DNA from: Candidatus Kerfeldbacteria bacterium
Lineage (GTDB): Bacteria > Patescibacteriota > Patescibacteriia > SBBC01
Assembly: GCA_016207275.1 (NCBI GenBank)
Contig: JACQPY010000014.1
Coordinates: 6,035-70,034 of the forward strand
Direction: 5' to 3'
DNA: 64,000 nt
Shown here: one piece after another, positions 46,884 through 59,336 of the stretch
How the letters are laid out: each line of letters starts with the position of its first letter
Position numbering within the stretch: position 1 is the stretch's first letter
Made by a program: the position numbers and the translations under genes
The notes under the pieces: model-generated
What the model saw: only the letters and a program-made list of their open reading frames with translations
The model's database searches: none
What the model was told of the DNA's origin: nothing

Positions 46884-49800
46884 TTATTTCGCGCTCAATT
46901 TCTTGTACGTAATCTGCTCACCATCCGAGTTAATGACCTTCACTGAAAACGATTTGTTCTTCTTCAGGGCCGACGTATCGATCGTCACCGTCAGCGTTTG
47001 CTCGCCGCTGGACTTGACCTTCTTAGCTGGGGTGGTGCCATTGACCAGCACGGTCGTACCCGACCCCAGGTTTTCACCGGTAATGGTAATAGTCACCCGC
47101 TTAGCCCGCTTGACCGTGGTCGGTGTAACTGATCGGATACTTGGCTGGAGGTTAACCCGCTCAATCCGATCGCCGCTGACCCGCACCCGCCGCGTGTCTG
47201 GGCTGAATTGCGTGAAGCCACGCTTGCTACTCGCGAATTTCCAGCCGCGGAGCTGCGTTCCAGACTTGGTGATCAGCTGCTTGGTGCCGGTCTTGAGCAC
47301 ATCGAGCGGTTCAGCTAAGACGCTGCCGGTCGCCCCGCTATCAATTGTGTAGGTCTTCTTGTTGCTCAAGTCGTATACTTTGACTGTCCGTTGGCGGACC
47401 GGCGACAACGTCACGTCGTCGTAGGTGTCGTTGGTAAGATCATCAACGTCAATTGACGCTCCCAAGCGGTAGCCGCTGCCCCATGGTTTATTCATCCGGG
47501 TAAGTTTACCCTTAACGTTGTACACCTTGACCGTCGTGGCATCGGTTGAGGTTCCAGCTTGCACGGCGACGATTACCTGACCGGCCTTCTTGGTCGACAG
47601 CGTGCCAACCGCCACCTTCCCTTTGTACGTGGCGAATGGCGTGATAATCTTCTTGCTCGAACCGCTGCCAACAGTAACTTTGGTGATGCCCTTGGACTGG
47701 CTGATTTTGACTGGCGTCAGGACTTTGCCGCGGCCCTTACCGCTAGTGCTGACCACGCCGTAGGTCGTGAAGTGGTCAGAGCGGACGCAGACCGTGTTGT
47801 TGTCGGTGTCTTGGGTAATGTTGCTTGGCTGCTTCCAGGTGCCCGAGGCCGAATCCCAGTAGCTCGGCACCAGCGAGGCCTCCTCGACGCCGATGGCTGC
47901 AAGCTGCTCGTCGCTGTACTTGAAGCAGGCCGTGATCGTATCCTTGAACTTGGTGATCGGCTGACCGTTAGCGTCGATGGCCTCAAAGTTGTACCCGTAG
48001 CCGAGCGGCTGAGCCGTCTTCTGGCTTTGGACGTTGATCGTCGGATTGGCGTTGACCGTAACCGTGCCTGAGGAAGCGAGTGCGTTCGCCGGGATGTTGA
48101 TGGTCGTGCCGTCGCCGAGGGTGATGACGTGGGACTGGGTGGCGTCGAACGACTCAGACACTGGCGGCGGAATCTGGAAGTTAGCCGCCCCGAGCGTGAA
48201 GTTGACCGTCTTGGCCTTCTCCTTGGTGATGGTGATAATCTTTTCGTCGCTGTGGAGGAAGGCCGTGCCCGATTGGGCGTTGGCGTTGCAGTGGTAGGAC
48301 GAGTTGAAGGTGTAATTCAGGCTGTAGGAGCCGTTGATGATCGGCCCGCCGTTGTTGTTTCCGTCTTCGCTCCAGCAGCTGACCCAGCCGTTCTGGACGG
48401 CCGTGTCGTTGAAGGTGACGAAACCGACCATCTTCCCGTCAGCGTCGCGAAGCTTGAGCGTCACGTTGGCCGATTTACCAGACAGGTTGACCCGCTCGAA
48501 CTTCGGCGGCATGTACTTGCTGTCAGGCGGCAAGCCGGCGTTGACCGTGTACTGGTGGCCGGACAGCAAGCTCAAGACGGCCACGCCTTTGTCATCGGTC
48601 TCCGAACCGGATCCCAACATGTTCTCGAAAAAGTCCCGGTCCTCGTCGCTGCTTTCGGCCTGCGCGCGAACCAGCTTCAGGCTGGCTACCTGCGACTTGC
48701 GTTCACGGGTACTGATGCTAAGCTTGCCGGCGGCGGCGCTGTGCTCGCCCTCGAACTCTTTTTCGCACTCTGACTTGTGCTTCGAGCAGTACTGCGTGCA
48801 CTCCAAGGCGTTCTTGCAGCCTCCCGGCCCTTCGGCGCCGGGCGGTAGCTTGAAGTCGCGGCACTCCTGCTCGTTCTCCGACTTCGAGCAGTACTTCAGC
48901 ACCTCTTCCGGACTGGTGGTGCCGCCCGGACCCTTGAAGTTTTCGTCGCGTCCACCCTCGCGCTCTTCGCTGTTCCGGCGGAGCCCATCAACTTCCTCGT
49001 GGTTGTCCGCCCAGACCCACACGCGCCGGGCCGGACTGCCGTCAGGATTCAAAACCAGCACGGTCAAGCGGGCATCACCGATCAGCACCTTTAGATCTTT
49101 CTGCACCCTGGTCCCCGAGGCGACGACGATCGGCTCGTTGGACGGCGGCCGGTTCAAGAAGCCCGATGACTGGTCGAAGTTGTAGCCGAGCTGGTAGGTC
49201 CCGGACAGCAGGCTGATCTCGTAGGAACAGTCCGAGTTAATCTGGGTGCCGTACCACTGGCCCCGTTCGGAGTTGGCGTAAACGTCGCCCCGAAAGTTGC
49301 AGTTCTTGAGCGGCAAGCCCGAGCTGTCGATGATTCGGCCGACAATCGCGCCGTCGTTCTTCCGGACCACAATGTCCTTCTCGATCGTCGCATCGGCCAC
49401 CAAGGTAATGGTTTGGCCGGTGGCCGACGAGTACTGGCTGTTCGGCGGCATGTGGATGCCCAGCTCGGCCTGGGTGAAGAGTTTCGAGGGCACGCGGAAG
49501 TTGAACGTCCCTTGGTTGACCGACCCGCCGTACTCGCGGTAGCCGGCCCCGGCCGTGGTGGTCAGCGGCCGGACGTAGGCCCAACCGTTAAGGTCAGCAA
49601 AGGCTTTGCCGTTCTCGTCGACGACTTTGCCTTTGATCGTAACGTCGGCGTAGGTCAACTGAATGTTCACGCCCGAGACAGTGGCCGTTTCCGACGAGAC
49701 GTAGATATCGAGCGGCGGGCCGTCGTAGATGTAGGTGGCGGTCTGACCGCCATCAAAGTTGATGAACCATTGACCAGCGGTGGCCGCCAAGTCGAAGTTA

Positions 49801-51671
49801 CCGTCGGCATCGGTCTTAGTGTTGCTCCAGGCGCTGCACCCTTGCGGCCCGCAATCGAGGTTGCCGTTGATTTGGATGTTGGCTAGTCCGGTTCCATCCT
49901 TGGTCGTCACCTTGCCGGTGATGTGCGCCAGCTTTTCGCTCATCACGAAGTTGGCCGTGACGGTCTGGTTGTCCGCCACCGTTACTTTTTGGTTCTTGGT
50001 GTACAGCCGCGTCTCCGGCGTCCAAACATTCAGGTCGTAGGTGCCAGCTACCAGGTAAAGCTTGTAGGTGCCGTCGGCCTTAACCTGGGCGTTTGACCAA
50101 CGGCTGCGCCCGTCTTGCGTCTGCGAATTGGCGTTGACGTTGCCATTGGTGACGAGCGTCCCGTCCTTCTTCGTTACGGTACCGATGATGACGGCGTTGG
50201 CCTTCTGGACCGTCAGGTTGACGGTTTCGGCCTGACGCGTGCTGTCACTGGAAAACTCGACGATCGCCTCTTGGTCGACGAATACCCAGTCCGGTTCGGG
50301 ACAGTCAAAACTCCGGTCCGGCTCGACCCGGATGTTCCACGAACCCGGCGCCAGGGTCAGGATGTACTCGCCTTGGCTGTTCGTTCGGGTATTGGCCCAG
50401 CCGTTGGCGCCGCGGCGATTGGCGTTGACTTGCGCGCAGGACACGGGCGTACCATCTTTCTTCTTGACCGTACCGGTGGCGTACTTCGAGGCACCGGACA
50501 GGGTCACGTTCTTGGTCGTTTTCTCCGACGTGACGGTCACGCTCACCGGCTCGGGTCGGACCACGTCGGTCATGTCGGACGGCGGATTGACCTCGAAGGT
50601 GTAGGTGCCGGCCGGCAAGCCCCCGATCCGGTACTTGCCGTTGGCGTCGGTGTTTGATCCCTGGTTCTGCGTCCAGTCGTCGTTGTGGAGGCTGACCCAG
50701 GCGTTCGGAACGGGCGTCGTACCATCCGGTCGGTACACCACCCCAGACAGCTGCGGCGTGGTCAGCTTGACGGGCGTCGCGGTCAGATCGAGTCCGCTAG
50801 CCGGAACCGTGAGGCTGACGTTTTCCGAGCCGGTGTACTGTTCAGTGTCCCAGATGTTAACGTGGAGGGTGTAGGTGCCGGCCGGCACGCGGCCAAACTT
50901 AAACTTACTGGCGTTGTCGTAATCGGAATGCTTATTAATGGTGAAATCGCTGTTCCACAGATCGACCGACAGGTGGTATCGCTTGCTCCAGTCCTCATCC
51001 CACGGCAACAGCGAGCCGTTGGGAAACGCAACTTTACCAATGATGAACGGATTGTCGAGCTTGACGGTACCGAGATTGACGGTAATGGTCGGGTCAGTAA
51101 TGGTTACCTTCTGTTCTGAACTGACGAAGGCTGAATTTGCCGGCGGATTCGCTTCTAAGATGTAGCTGCCCGCCTCCAGCCCGCCAAGCTTCCATCCGCC
51201 GTCGTCGCCGGGGCAGGTGTTCTGGTTAACCGTCCAGGTGGAGTTTCGGACCGTGACGCAACCGCTGGTCGCCGTGCCATCGGGTTTTGCCAGCGTTCCC
51301 TTGAGCGACGGGTTGGTGACTTTTATTTGGAAGTTGGTGAGGCTCTCGGTCAGGGTGATTTTCTGGTTGGCCGGGCTGGCGTAGCTGCTGGCGTTCGGCA
51401 CGTTGAGGTTGTATTCGTACGAGCCTGGTTCCAGGCCAGTGACCTCGAACCGGCCACTGCTGTCAACGCTGGATCCCCAACCACCGCTTGAACTCCAGAT
51501 GTTGAAGTTGCCGCCGTCGGCGTACGTCCCGCCGTTCGGGCTGACGACCGTGCCGCTCAAGGTCAGTGAGCCAGCCTGAGCTGGAAGTCGACTGACTGCT
51601 AAGAACAGTACTAAAATTGCCGCGGAACCAAATATTAGTGTCGCGGACCGCCCTCTCATAAAAATAGGCAT
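46884..51671 (-). CDS. giant secreted surface protein (1595 aa) with repeated carboxypeptidase-regulatory-like/Ig-like beta-sandwich domains
   Basis: signal peptide; recurring 'GxYxxEVNPP', 'GKYRIGGLPAGTYTF' modules; Cys/Glu/Lys-rich insert 'KYCSKSENEQECRDFK…CTQYCSKHKSECEKEFEGEH'; C-terminal Ig-like repeats. Confidence 0.75.
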   Translation of the reverse strand: MPIFMRGRSATLIFGSAAILVLFLAVSRLPAQAGSLTLSGTVVSPNGGTYADGGNFNIWSSSGGWGSSVDSSGRFEVTGLEPGSYEYNLNVPNASSYASPANQKITLTESLTNFQIKVTNPSLKGTLAKPDGTATSGCVTVRNSTWTVNQNTCPGDDGGWKLGGLEAGSYILEANPPANSAFVSSEQKVTITDPTITVNLGTVKLDNPFIIGKVAFPNGSLLPWDEDWSKRYHLSVDLWNSDFTINKHSDYDNASKFKFGRVPAGTYTLHVNIWDTEQYTGSENVSLTVPASGLDLTATPVKLTTPQLSGVVYRPDGTTPVPNAWVSLHNDDWTQNQGSNTDANGKYRIGGLPAGTYTFEVNPPSDMTDVVRPEPVSVTVTSEKTTKNVTLSGASKYATGTVKKKDGTPVSCAQVNANRRGANGWANTRTNSQGEYILTLAPGSWNIRVEPDRSFDCPEPDWVFVDQEAIVEFSSDSTRQAETVNLTVQKANAVIIGTVTKKDGTLVTNGNVNANSQTQDGRSRWSNAQVKADGTYKLYLVAGTYDLNVWTPETRLYTKNQKVTVADNQTVTANFVMSEKLAHITGKVTTKDGTGLANIQINGNLDCGPQGCSAWSNTKTDADGNFDLAATAGQWFINFDGGQTATYIYDGPPLDIYVSSETATVSGVNIQLTYADVTIKGKVVDENGKAFADLNGWAYVRPLTTTAGAGYREYGGSVNQGTFNFRVPSKLFTQAELGIHMPPNSQYSSATGQTITLVADATIEKDIVVRKNDGAIVGRIIDSSGLPLKNCNFRGDVYANSERGQWYGTQINSDCSYEISLLSGTYQLGYNFDQSSGFLNRPPSNEPIVVASGTRVQKDLKVLIGDARLTVLVLNPDGSPARRVWVWADNHEEVDGLRRNSEEREGGRDENFKGPGGTTSPEEVLKYCSKSENEQECRDFKLPPGAEGPGGCKNALECTQYCSKHKSECEKEFEGEHSAAAGKLSISTRERKSQVASLKLVRAQAESSDEDRDFFENMLGSGSETDDKGVAVLSLLSGHQYTVNAGLPPDSKYMPPKFERVNLSGKSANVTLKLRDADGKMVGFVTFNDTAVQNGWVSCWSEDGNNNGGPIINGSYSLNYTFNSSYHCNANAQSGTAFLHSDEKIITITKEKAKTVNFTLGAANFQIPPPVSESFDATQSHVITLGDGTTINIPANALASSGTVTVNANPTINVQSQKTAQPLGYGYNFEAIDANGQPITKFKDTITACFKYSDEQLAAIGVEEASLVPSYWDSASGTWKQPSNITQDTDNNTVCVRSDHFTTYGVVSTSGKGRGKVLTPVKISQSKGITKVTVGSGSSKKIITPFATYKGKVAVGTLSTKKAGQVIVAVQAGTSTDATTVKVYNVKGKLTRMNKPWGSGYRLGASIDVDDLTNDTYDDVTLSPVRQRTVKVYDLSNKKTYTIDSGATGSVLAEPLDVLKTGTKQLITKSGTQLRGWKFASSKRGFTQFSPDTRRVRVSGDRIERVNLQPSIRSVTPTTVKRAKRVTITITGENLGSGTTVLVNGTTPAKKVKSSGEQTLTVTIDTSALKKNKSFSVKVINSDGEQITYKKLSAK

Positions 51672-51729
51672 AGTTTTTAGCTTATTTAGCTATTTTCTCT
51701 ACTTTCCACGGGTAGTATATCACATTTAT

Positions 51730-52341
51730 TCAGATTTTTCCAGGTCCTCGCTGCTTTCCGTGAACGACCAACAGCGCGTGAAACTCCTGGTAGAGTTTCA
51801 CGCTCCTCGGTAACCGCTTCTCAAAAAACTCCCGATACTCGTCATACTGGCGAAAGGCTACTCCCTGGGTGGCCAAGAAGCGCTTGGTGTAGGCGTCAAT
51901 GACGAAGACCGGTTTGTTCCCGGCGTATAGTAAGATTGAGTCGGCTGTTTCCCTGCCAATGCCGTGGACGGTCAAGAGCTCCTCGCGCAAAGCCGTGGCT
52001 GGCTGTTTGAACATCTTCCTGAAACTTCCAACGTATTGCGCTTTGACAAAAGCGGCAAAGGCCTGAAGCTTGATTGCTTTCTGGTTGTAATAACCAGACG
52101 GCCGGATCAGGATGGCAATGGTGCTCCGGCGCATGGTCAGCAGCTTTTTCAACGATAACGCTCGAGTCTCTCGCAGGTTCGCCAACGCCCGCTCGACGTT
52201 CTTCCAGTTCGTATTCTGCGTCAAAATGGCGCCGATACAAATCTCCAGACAGCGCGCTTCATACCCACGGGCCTTGGCTGGCCACCAGTGTTGGGAACCG
52301 TACTGCTTAAACAATTTCCGGAACAGTAAACGAAGATTCAT
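51730..52341 (-). CDS. HhH-GPD superfamily DNA glycosylase (endonuclease III-like)
   Basis: 'LLTVHGIGRETADSILLYAG' helix-hairpin-helix/GPD motif. Confidence 0.65.
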   Translation of the reverse strand: MNLRLLFRKLFKQYGSQHWWPAKARGYEARCLEICIGAILTQNTNWKNVERALANLRETRALSLKKLLTMRRSTIAILIRPSGYYNQKAIKLQAFAAFVKAQYVGSFRKMFKQPATALREELLTVHGIGRETADSILLYAGNKPVFVIDAYTKRFLATQGVAFRQYDEYREFFEKRLPRSVKLYQEFHALLVVHGKQRGPGKI

Positions 52342-52395
52342 GCCCGATATACTTGTCGCATGCCGATTTATCGGCGGCGCCCATGAATGGGCACG

Positions 52396-52817
52396 CTACA
52401 CGATTTTCTCGAAATCAACCTGGCCGCCCTCATCGATTCGCGCCAGAATCTTGACCACGCTCAAACCGTCGAAACGGCGCTCGATGAAATCCTTGGCCAC
52501 CTGCAAATCTCGCCGGTGCCGTCCTCGTTCTTCGTCAGCATTCGCAAACGTGCCTTGGCCGTACGCGCCGCAGTCGAAGTGGTTGATGACGTAGACCTCG
52601 GAGATGCCGTGCAGCTTTCGGGCGATGGCGATTTGTCGCAAGACAAACTCCCGATCATGATCATCGTATGGATCGGCCAGGTTTTTGGCGGCCCCGGCCG
52701 CGGCCACGTCGTCGTACTGACCGAGCAAGCCAACGTTCTTCATGAAGTGAACGATGTCGTGGATGAACCGGAAATCAATGCAATGGAGAACGAGGGCTTT
52801 GGCGGAATGATTCATCC
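52396..52817 (-). CDS. beta-carbonic-anhydrase-like protein (140 aa)
   Basis: 'LVLHCIDFRF' (C-x-D-x-R) and 'INHFDCGAYG' (H-x-x-C) zinc-ligand motifs in beta-CA order; start at MNHSAK with AAAGG upstream (track ORF longer, low-complexity N-terminus rejected). Confidence 0.45.
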
Positions 52818-52918
52818 TTTGTAGTATACCATAGGAAAAAACAACGCCGCCCCAGGTACCTCGGTCCTGGGGTCGGTCCAAAATGAGCGAACATCGTCTC
52901 CGAATTGTCAGTGACGGC

Positions 52919-53584
52919 CTAGGCGACCGTCGGCGCGAGCGCCGCCTCGCCGTGGAACTTCTCGATGAAGCGCCGCATGTCGCAGCGCGGGGCATAGTAG
53001 GTCAGCCCGGAGGGCATAACCGGCTCGCCAAGATAGTACAGCAGGCCGACCTTGAAGGTCACGCCGTGGGGATGAAAACCCTTGAGGTGCGTCTTGGCCC
53101 GAATCGAGGATTGGACGAAGGCCGACGGCGTCAGCCCGAGATGGGCGATGACCTTGCAGGGCGCGTCATAGTACAGGTAGGCGGACAGCCGCTCGCCCTG
53201 CTCGATCGTGCCGTCGTTCACGGCCAGGTCGATGAAGTCCATGATCTGACCGACCGCGGCCTCGTGGTACAACCCAGCCTGGCGGCTGGTTCGGGCGTAC
53301 TCGGGGTCGAGCACAATCCCCCCGCCGTTGAAGCCGAAGAGCTGCGTCTGATCGGTCACCCGCTCCCAGATGTGCGGGAGACGGTCGGTGTTGTGGGCAA
53401 TATGCCCGCAGGCAAGCACGATCGCCTTCCGTGGATTGACCGGGTCCCTCATCAACGGCACCTTCTTGAGAAACCCCCGGTCGATGGCGGCGGTGAAAAA
53501 CGGGGTGAATGTCTCCAGAGCCAGCGAAACGCTCATCCGATTACCCTCCATGGAATGCGGGTTGCGGTCAGCGACCGGTTTCAT
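52919..53584 (-). CDS. hypothetical protein (222 aa)
   Basis: start chosen at MKPVAD; conserved-looking 'AIVLACGHIAHNTDRLPHIWERV' but no family recognised. Confidence 0.4.
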   Translation of the reverse strand: MKPVADRNPHSMEGNRMSVSLALETFTPFFTAAIDRGFLKKVPLMRDPVNPRKAIVLACGHIAHNTDRLPHIWERVTDQTQLFGFNGGGIVLDPEYARTSRQAGLYHEAAVGQIMDFIDLAVNDGTIEQGERLSAYLYYDAPCKVIAHLGLTPSAFVQSSIRAKTHLKGFHPHGVTFKVGLLYYLGEPVMPSGLTYYAPRCDMRRFIEKFHGEAALAPTVA

Positions 53585-53774
53585 CGAAGCGCTTGATGCG
53601 CCAGACCATGACGCCGAAAGCGCCCAAGCCCAGCGGCAGCAGGAACGGAATGTGACGATCGAAGTCGTAAGTGTGCCGAGCGAGCGACCACACGTCACGG
53701 CCGAGCGCCAGGACGGTCAGGATGCCGAGCACGATCAGTGAAGGCCACCAGTTCTGCTTCTCTCTCTTTTCCAT
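53568..53774 (-). CDS. small two-TM membrane protein (68 aa)
   Basis: 'WWPSLIVLGILTVLALG…FLLPLGLGAFGVMVW'; promoter-like TTGACA-N17-TACACT upstream on minus strand (~53845-53875). Confidence 0.4.
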   Translation of the reverse strand: MEKREKQNWWPSLIVLGILTVLALGRDVWSLARHTYDFDRHIPFLLPLGLGAFGVMVWRIKRFDETGR

Positions 53775-54006
53775 TGAACCTCCGAGATAGGGTTGTTCGG
53801 CGGCAACTAACGAAGAATAAAACGAGCGGAAACGACAGTGTACCGCTCTTGAACGAATCTGTCAAGAGGGGCTTGCTGGGTAGGGAATTCTGCGCCAGAT
53901 TTTCCTCACCGGAAATCTTCGTATCGCCCCGTCACTACTTATCCGAAACCCTAACCCTTATACCACCAAGGTGACAGAACCCGGCTTGCTTGTCCGGTCC
54001 AGTGGA

Positions 54007-54462
54007 CTACTCTCTTCTCACCCCTTCCTGCGTAATCCCGACGTGCCCGCGGTGCTTGTGCTTTCGGACCACGTGCAGCCGAGCCAACTCACGTTCGATT
54101 TTGCCAGCCAGCTGCGCGTACTGCGTATCGTCAGCCGCCACTGACTGCCTCAGTTGCTCGACGCGCTGCCGAGCTTCTTCGGCCCGCTGTTCGTCAATTT
54201 CATCAAAACGTTCGGCGGTGTCGGCCAAAATGCTCAGTTTCTGTCCATCAACTTTCGCAAAACCGCCGGAGACGGCATAGGGCGACTCGGTACCGTCTTT
54301 GCGGATAACCAACTCCCCGGCGGTAAGGACCGTCACCACGGGCAGATGGTTAGCCAGGACCGTAATCTCACCGTTAACCGTCGGCAGGGTGACGCTCGTC
54401 GCTTCGTCGCGGTACACGACGTGTTCGGGAGTGGTGATTTCTAGTTTGAAGGTTTTCATCAT
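54007..54462 (-). CDS. atpC: F0F1 ATP synthase subunit epsilon
   Basis: N-terminal beta-sandwich 'LEITTPEHVVYRDEATSVTLPTVNGEITVLANHLP' plus C-terminal helical tail. Confidence 0.85.
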   Translation of the reverse strand: MMKTFKLEITTPEHVVYRDEATSVTLPTVNGEITVLANHLPVVTVLTAGELVIRKDGTESPYAVSGGFAKVDGQKLSILADTAERFDEIDEQRAEEARQRVEQLRQSVAADDTQYAQLAGKIERELARLHVVRKHKHRGHVGITQEGVRRE

Positions 54463-54534
54463 AACTACTGACTATTGACATTTAACATTTGATCAGAACG
54501 CTTCAGCATAAAGTCAAAAGTCAATTGTCACCTG

Positions 54535-56130
<1,596 letters not shown>

Positions 56131-56132
56131 CT

Positions 56133-57053
56133 TCAGGCCTCCAGCGCCGCCCGGCTGGCTGAAATTTCCGACAGGTCCTGCGTAATTGCTGCTTGTCGAG
56201 CTTGGTTGTACGTCAACGTTAAATCGTCAATCAGGTCGGCCGCCGCATCAGAGGCGTTGCGCATCGCCACCATTCGTGCGGCGTGCTCCGAGGCGTTTGA
56301 TTCAAGCACGGCCTGGTACAGCTGCAGCTCAACCAACCGCGGCAGCAGCGCTTCGAGCACGACGTCGGCGTTCGGTTCAAACAGGTACTCCCGTGATCGG
56401 GCTGATGGCCGAGATATAACCGCTGGTCCGGCCGCGCCTAACTCAACGTCACGCTGCAACGGCAAGAGCTGCCGAACGCGTGGTCGCTGGACCAACGTTG
56501 AAACGAAGTCGGTGTAGGCAATTAGTACCCGTTCGTACCGCCGTTTAGTAAAACCTTGTATGACTTCTTTCGCCATCGGCCTGACCTCTTCGACTCCGGT
56601 CAGTAAATCTGGTTTGGCAAAATCAGCCACACCGTCATACCTATACCTAGTAACCAACGATCGTGCTTTTTTGCCATATAGAATAATTTTTCCTAGCTTA
56701 GTTGCCTGATAAACATACTTGTCTAAATGTTGTCGAGCTTTTAAAACAAGCTGAGTATTAAATCCACCGACCAGTCCTCGATTTGAGCTAATCACTACCA
56801 CTCCAACATTTTTACTCACTGGTTCGCCAGGAAATGAAGCTGGTCTCAATAACGGGTGAAGCTCCGGGTCAGTCCGGGCGGCTAAGTCCAACACTAAGTC
56901 CCACGCCTGGGCCGCGTAGGCCCGGCTGGCCAGCACGGCCTGGACCGCCCGGCGCATCTTGGCCGAAGCCACCATTTCCATCGCCTTGGTGACCTTGCGG
57001 GTGTTAGTGATCGAGCGAATGCGTCGTCGGATTTCGCGTGTCTGAGAAGGCAT
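56133..57053 (-). CDS. atpG: F0F1 ATP synthase subunit gamma
   Basis: 'IRRRIRSITNTRKVTKAMEMVASAKMRRA' canonical gamma N-terminus. Confidence 0.9.
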   Translation of the reverse strand: MPSQTREIRRRIRSITNTRKVTKAMEMVASAKMRRAVQAVLASRAYAAQAWDLVLDLAARTDPELHPLLRPASFPGEPVSKNVGVVVISSNRGLVGGFNTQLVLKARQHLDKYVYQATKLGKIILYGKKARSLVTRYRYDGVADFAKPDLLTGVEEVRPMAKEVIQGFTKRRYERVLIAYTDFVSTLVQRPRVRQLLPLQRDVELGAAGPAVISRPSARSREYLFEPNADVVLEALLPRLVELQLYQAVLESNASEHAARMVAMRNASDAAADLIDDLTLTYNQARQAAITQDLSEISASRAALEA

Positions 57054-57056
57054 TGG

Positions 57057-57440
57057 TTACGAAACAAAAATCCGGCGGAGATCAATTGCCAACACGCCGA
57101 GGGCCACGACCGCGGCCGCGGCGCAGGCGATCCACCGCCAGCTTAGAAACTCCGTATCGAGATAGCCGACGACGAACAGGTTGCCAATGGCGAAAACCGC
57201 GATGGCCAGGCGCAGCGTTGACAAACCCTGGGTCGCGTGCTGGGCCACGAACGGCACGTCGCGCATCGGCACGGCAAAGAGCACAACTAACGCCACTGAA
57301 GCGCTAAAAACAAACGGTAGGACCACTTGGTAAAAGGCGTCGCGGGCCACCACCGGCAAGGTTAAGGCCAAGACCGCCACATCGGCCGTCAGCTGACGAC
57401 CCAGGTCACTGCGGGGATCGACAAAACTGCTACGGGCCAT
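57057..57440 (-). CDS. small polytopic membrane protein inserted between atpA and atpG
   Basis: 3-4 TM helices; start at MARSSF just after atpA stop. Confidence 0.45.
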   Translation of the reverse strand: MARSSFVDPRSDLGRQLTADVAVLALTLPVVARDAFYQVVLPFVFSASVALVVLFAVPMRDVPFVAQHATQGLSTLRLAIAVFAIGNLFVVGYLDTEFLSWRWIACAAAAVVALGVLAIDLRRIFVS

Positions 57441-58944
57441 GGGTAAAGGTCGCGACGAATTCTTCCAGCAGCTGCTTGAGTTGCGTTTCCGTCTTGGCCG
57501 AAAGTTCCTTCGTCTGATCGATTGTGGCAACTACCTTCCGTCCTTTAGTCTCCATAAAGGTCCGCCACTCAGTCTCGAACTGTTGGATTCGCTCAACCGA
57601 CACGGCATCAAGGAAGCCATGGGTGGCGGCGTACATGACGGTCACCTGGTGTGCCAGCGGCACTGGTTGGTACTGACCTTGCTTCAAAATTTCACTGGTT
57701 CGGCGACCGCGCTCCAGCTGTTTCCGCGTCGTTTCATCAAGGTCAGAGCCGAACTGGGCAAACGCGGCCACGTCGCGGTACTGCGCCAACTCGAGCCGGA
57801 GCTGGCCAGCCACGTTCTTCATCGCCTTGGTCTGGGCGGCTGAGCCGACCCGGGAGACTGACAAGCCAACGTTGAGGGCCGGCCGCTGGCCCTGGTAGAA
57901 CAGGTCGGACTCGAGGTAGATTTGGCCGTCGGTGATCGAGATGACGTTGGTTGGGATGTAGGCGGAAATATCACCCGCTTGCGTCTCGATGATCGGCAAA
58001 GCGGTCAGGCTGCCGCCGCCGTGCTGTTGATTCATCTTGGCCGCTCGTTCCAGCAAGCGCGAGTGGAGGTAGAACACGTCACCCGGATAGGCTTCACGAC
58101 CCGGCGGCCGGCGCAGCAGCAGCGATACTTGGCGGTAGGCCCAGGCGTGCTTGGATAAATCATCGTAGACCACCAAGGCGTCCTTACCCTGATCCATGAA
58201 GTACTCACCGATGGCGCAGCCGGCGTACGGCGCAATGTAGGACAAGGCGGCTGGGTCGGAAGCGCCCGCCACCACGACCACCGTATGAGCCATGGCACCG
58301 TGCGCTTCGAGTTTAGCCACCAACCGCGCCACCTTCGACTCTTTCTGACCGATAGCGACGTAGATACAGGTTAAGTCCTTGCCGTGCTGATTGATAATGG
58401 TGTCAATCGCCACGGCCGTCTTGCCGGTCTGCCGGTCACCGATGATCAATTCGCGTTGGCCGCGACCGATCGGGATCATCGCGTCAATCGCTTTGATGCC
58501 GGTCTGGACCGGCGTGTCAACCGACTGTCGCGTAATCACGCCCGGGGCGATCTTTTCAATCGGATAACGTTTGGCGCTCTTGAGCGTTCCTTTCCCGTCG
58601 AGCGGCTGGCCGAGCGGACTGACCACGCGCCCGACCAAGTTCTCACCTACGGGTACGTCGAAAATTCGGCCGGTCGCCTTAACGACGTCGCCTTCGCCAA
58701 TGCCGGTGACATCACCGAGAACCATGGCGCCGACACTATCCTCTTCAAGGTTGAGGACAACGCCGAGCTGGCCCTGGGAAAACTCAACCAGCTCCGAGGC
58801 GCGAACCTGGCTCAAGCCCGACATTCGGGCAATGCCGTCGCCCACCTCGGTCACGTAGCCGATGTGCTCGACCGCCGCTGTGGCGGTGAACCCGGCGATT
58901 TCCTTCCGCAGGGCTTCAACGATCGCATCCTTATGTTGCGTCAT
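57430..58944 (-). CDS. atpA: F0F1 ATP synthase subunit alpha
   Basis: 'GDRQTGKTA' P-loop and full-length alpha similarity. Confidence 0.95.
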   Translation of the reverse strand: MTQHKDAIVEALRKEIAGFTATAAVEHIGYVTEVGDGIARMSGLSQVRASELVEFSQGQLGVVLNLEEDSVGAMVLGDVTGIGEGDVVKATGRIFDVPVGENLVGRVVSPLGQPLDGKGTLKSAKRYPIEKIAPGVITRQSVDTPVQTGIKAIDAMIPIGRGQRELIIGDRQTGKTAVAIDTIINQHGKDLTCIYVAIGQKESKVARLVAKLEAHGAMAHTVVVVAGASDPAALSYIAPYAGCAIGEYFMDQGKDALVVYDDLSKHAWAYRQVSLLLRRPPGREAYPGDVFYLHSRLLERAAKMNQQHGGGSLTALPIIETQAGDISAYIPTNVISITDGQIYLESDLFYQGQRPALNVGLSVSRVGSAAQTKAMKNVAGQLRLELAQYRDVAAFAQFGSDLDETTRKQLERGRRTSEILKQGQYQPVPLAHQVTVMYAATHGFLDAVSVERIQQFETEWRTFMETKGRKVVATIDQTKELSAKTETQLKQLLEEFVATFTHGP

Positions 58945-59336
58945 GGCCGTTCTGCCTGGTTACCGACAAGTCGCTGCTGGAGGCGGCGCAGGTGGGTTCG
59001 GACTGAGCCGTCAATGCGATCATTGCCGCGTTCAATGATGGCGCCGCCGATGAGCGCTGAATCGACGTTCATCGCGACGAGCGCGTCACGGCCGACGGCA
59101 GTGGTTAGCGCGGTTTGCTCAATCGCCCGAGCGGTCGTCACGCGCACCGGCAGCGTACCGTGACGCTGGTGCCACAAGTGCTCAACCGCCGCCATAATCC
59201 GCGGCAGCAATTTGCCCTGGCGTCGTCGCGTTACCGTGGTCACAAGGGCCCGCGCGACATTCGGCAATTCGTCTAGTGACGCCTGATTCGTAGCCGCTAG
59301 GTACGCCTCGGCTAACCGACGCGGACTAAGCCGCAT
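58941..59336 (-). CDS. atpH: F0F1 ATP synthase subunit delta (short, OSCP C-terminal domain)
   Basis: '[28 protein letters not shown]' delta C-terminal signature; only 131 aa. Confidence 0.7.
   Translation of the reverse strand: MRLSPRRLAEAYLAATNQASLDELPNVARALVTTVTRRRQGKLLPRIMAAVEHLWHQRHGTLPVRVTTARAIEQTALTTAVGRDALVAMNVDSALIGGAIIERGNDRIDGSVRTHLRRLQQRLVGNQAERP

Noticed and set aside
47559-50874. Multiple 80-215-aa plus-strand ORFs inside the giant surface-protein gene
   Set aside because: All are antisense to a continuous 1595-codon gene with a signal peptide and domain repeats. Their compositions are Arg/Gly/Val-rich artefacts of high GC.
53775-54006. tRNA or small RNA in the 230-bp gap downstream of atpC
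   Set aside because: No tRNA-like arms were found. The gap contains a TTGACA-N17-TACACT promoter-like sequence on the minus strand, which sufficiently explains the spacer.
58941-59336. atpH as a pseudogene because it is only 131 aa
   Set aside because: It retains the conserved delta/OSCP C-terminal signature. It has overlapping start and stop codons with atpA and the HD gene. Short delta subunits occur in reduced genomes. It is kept as a functional CDS with a caveat.
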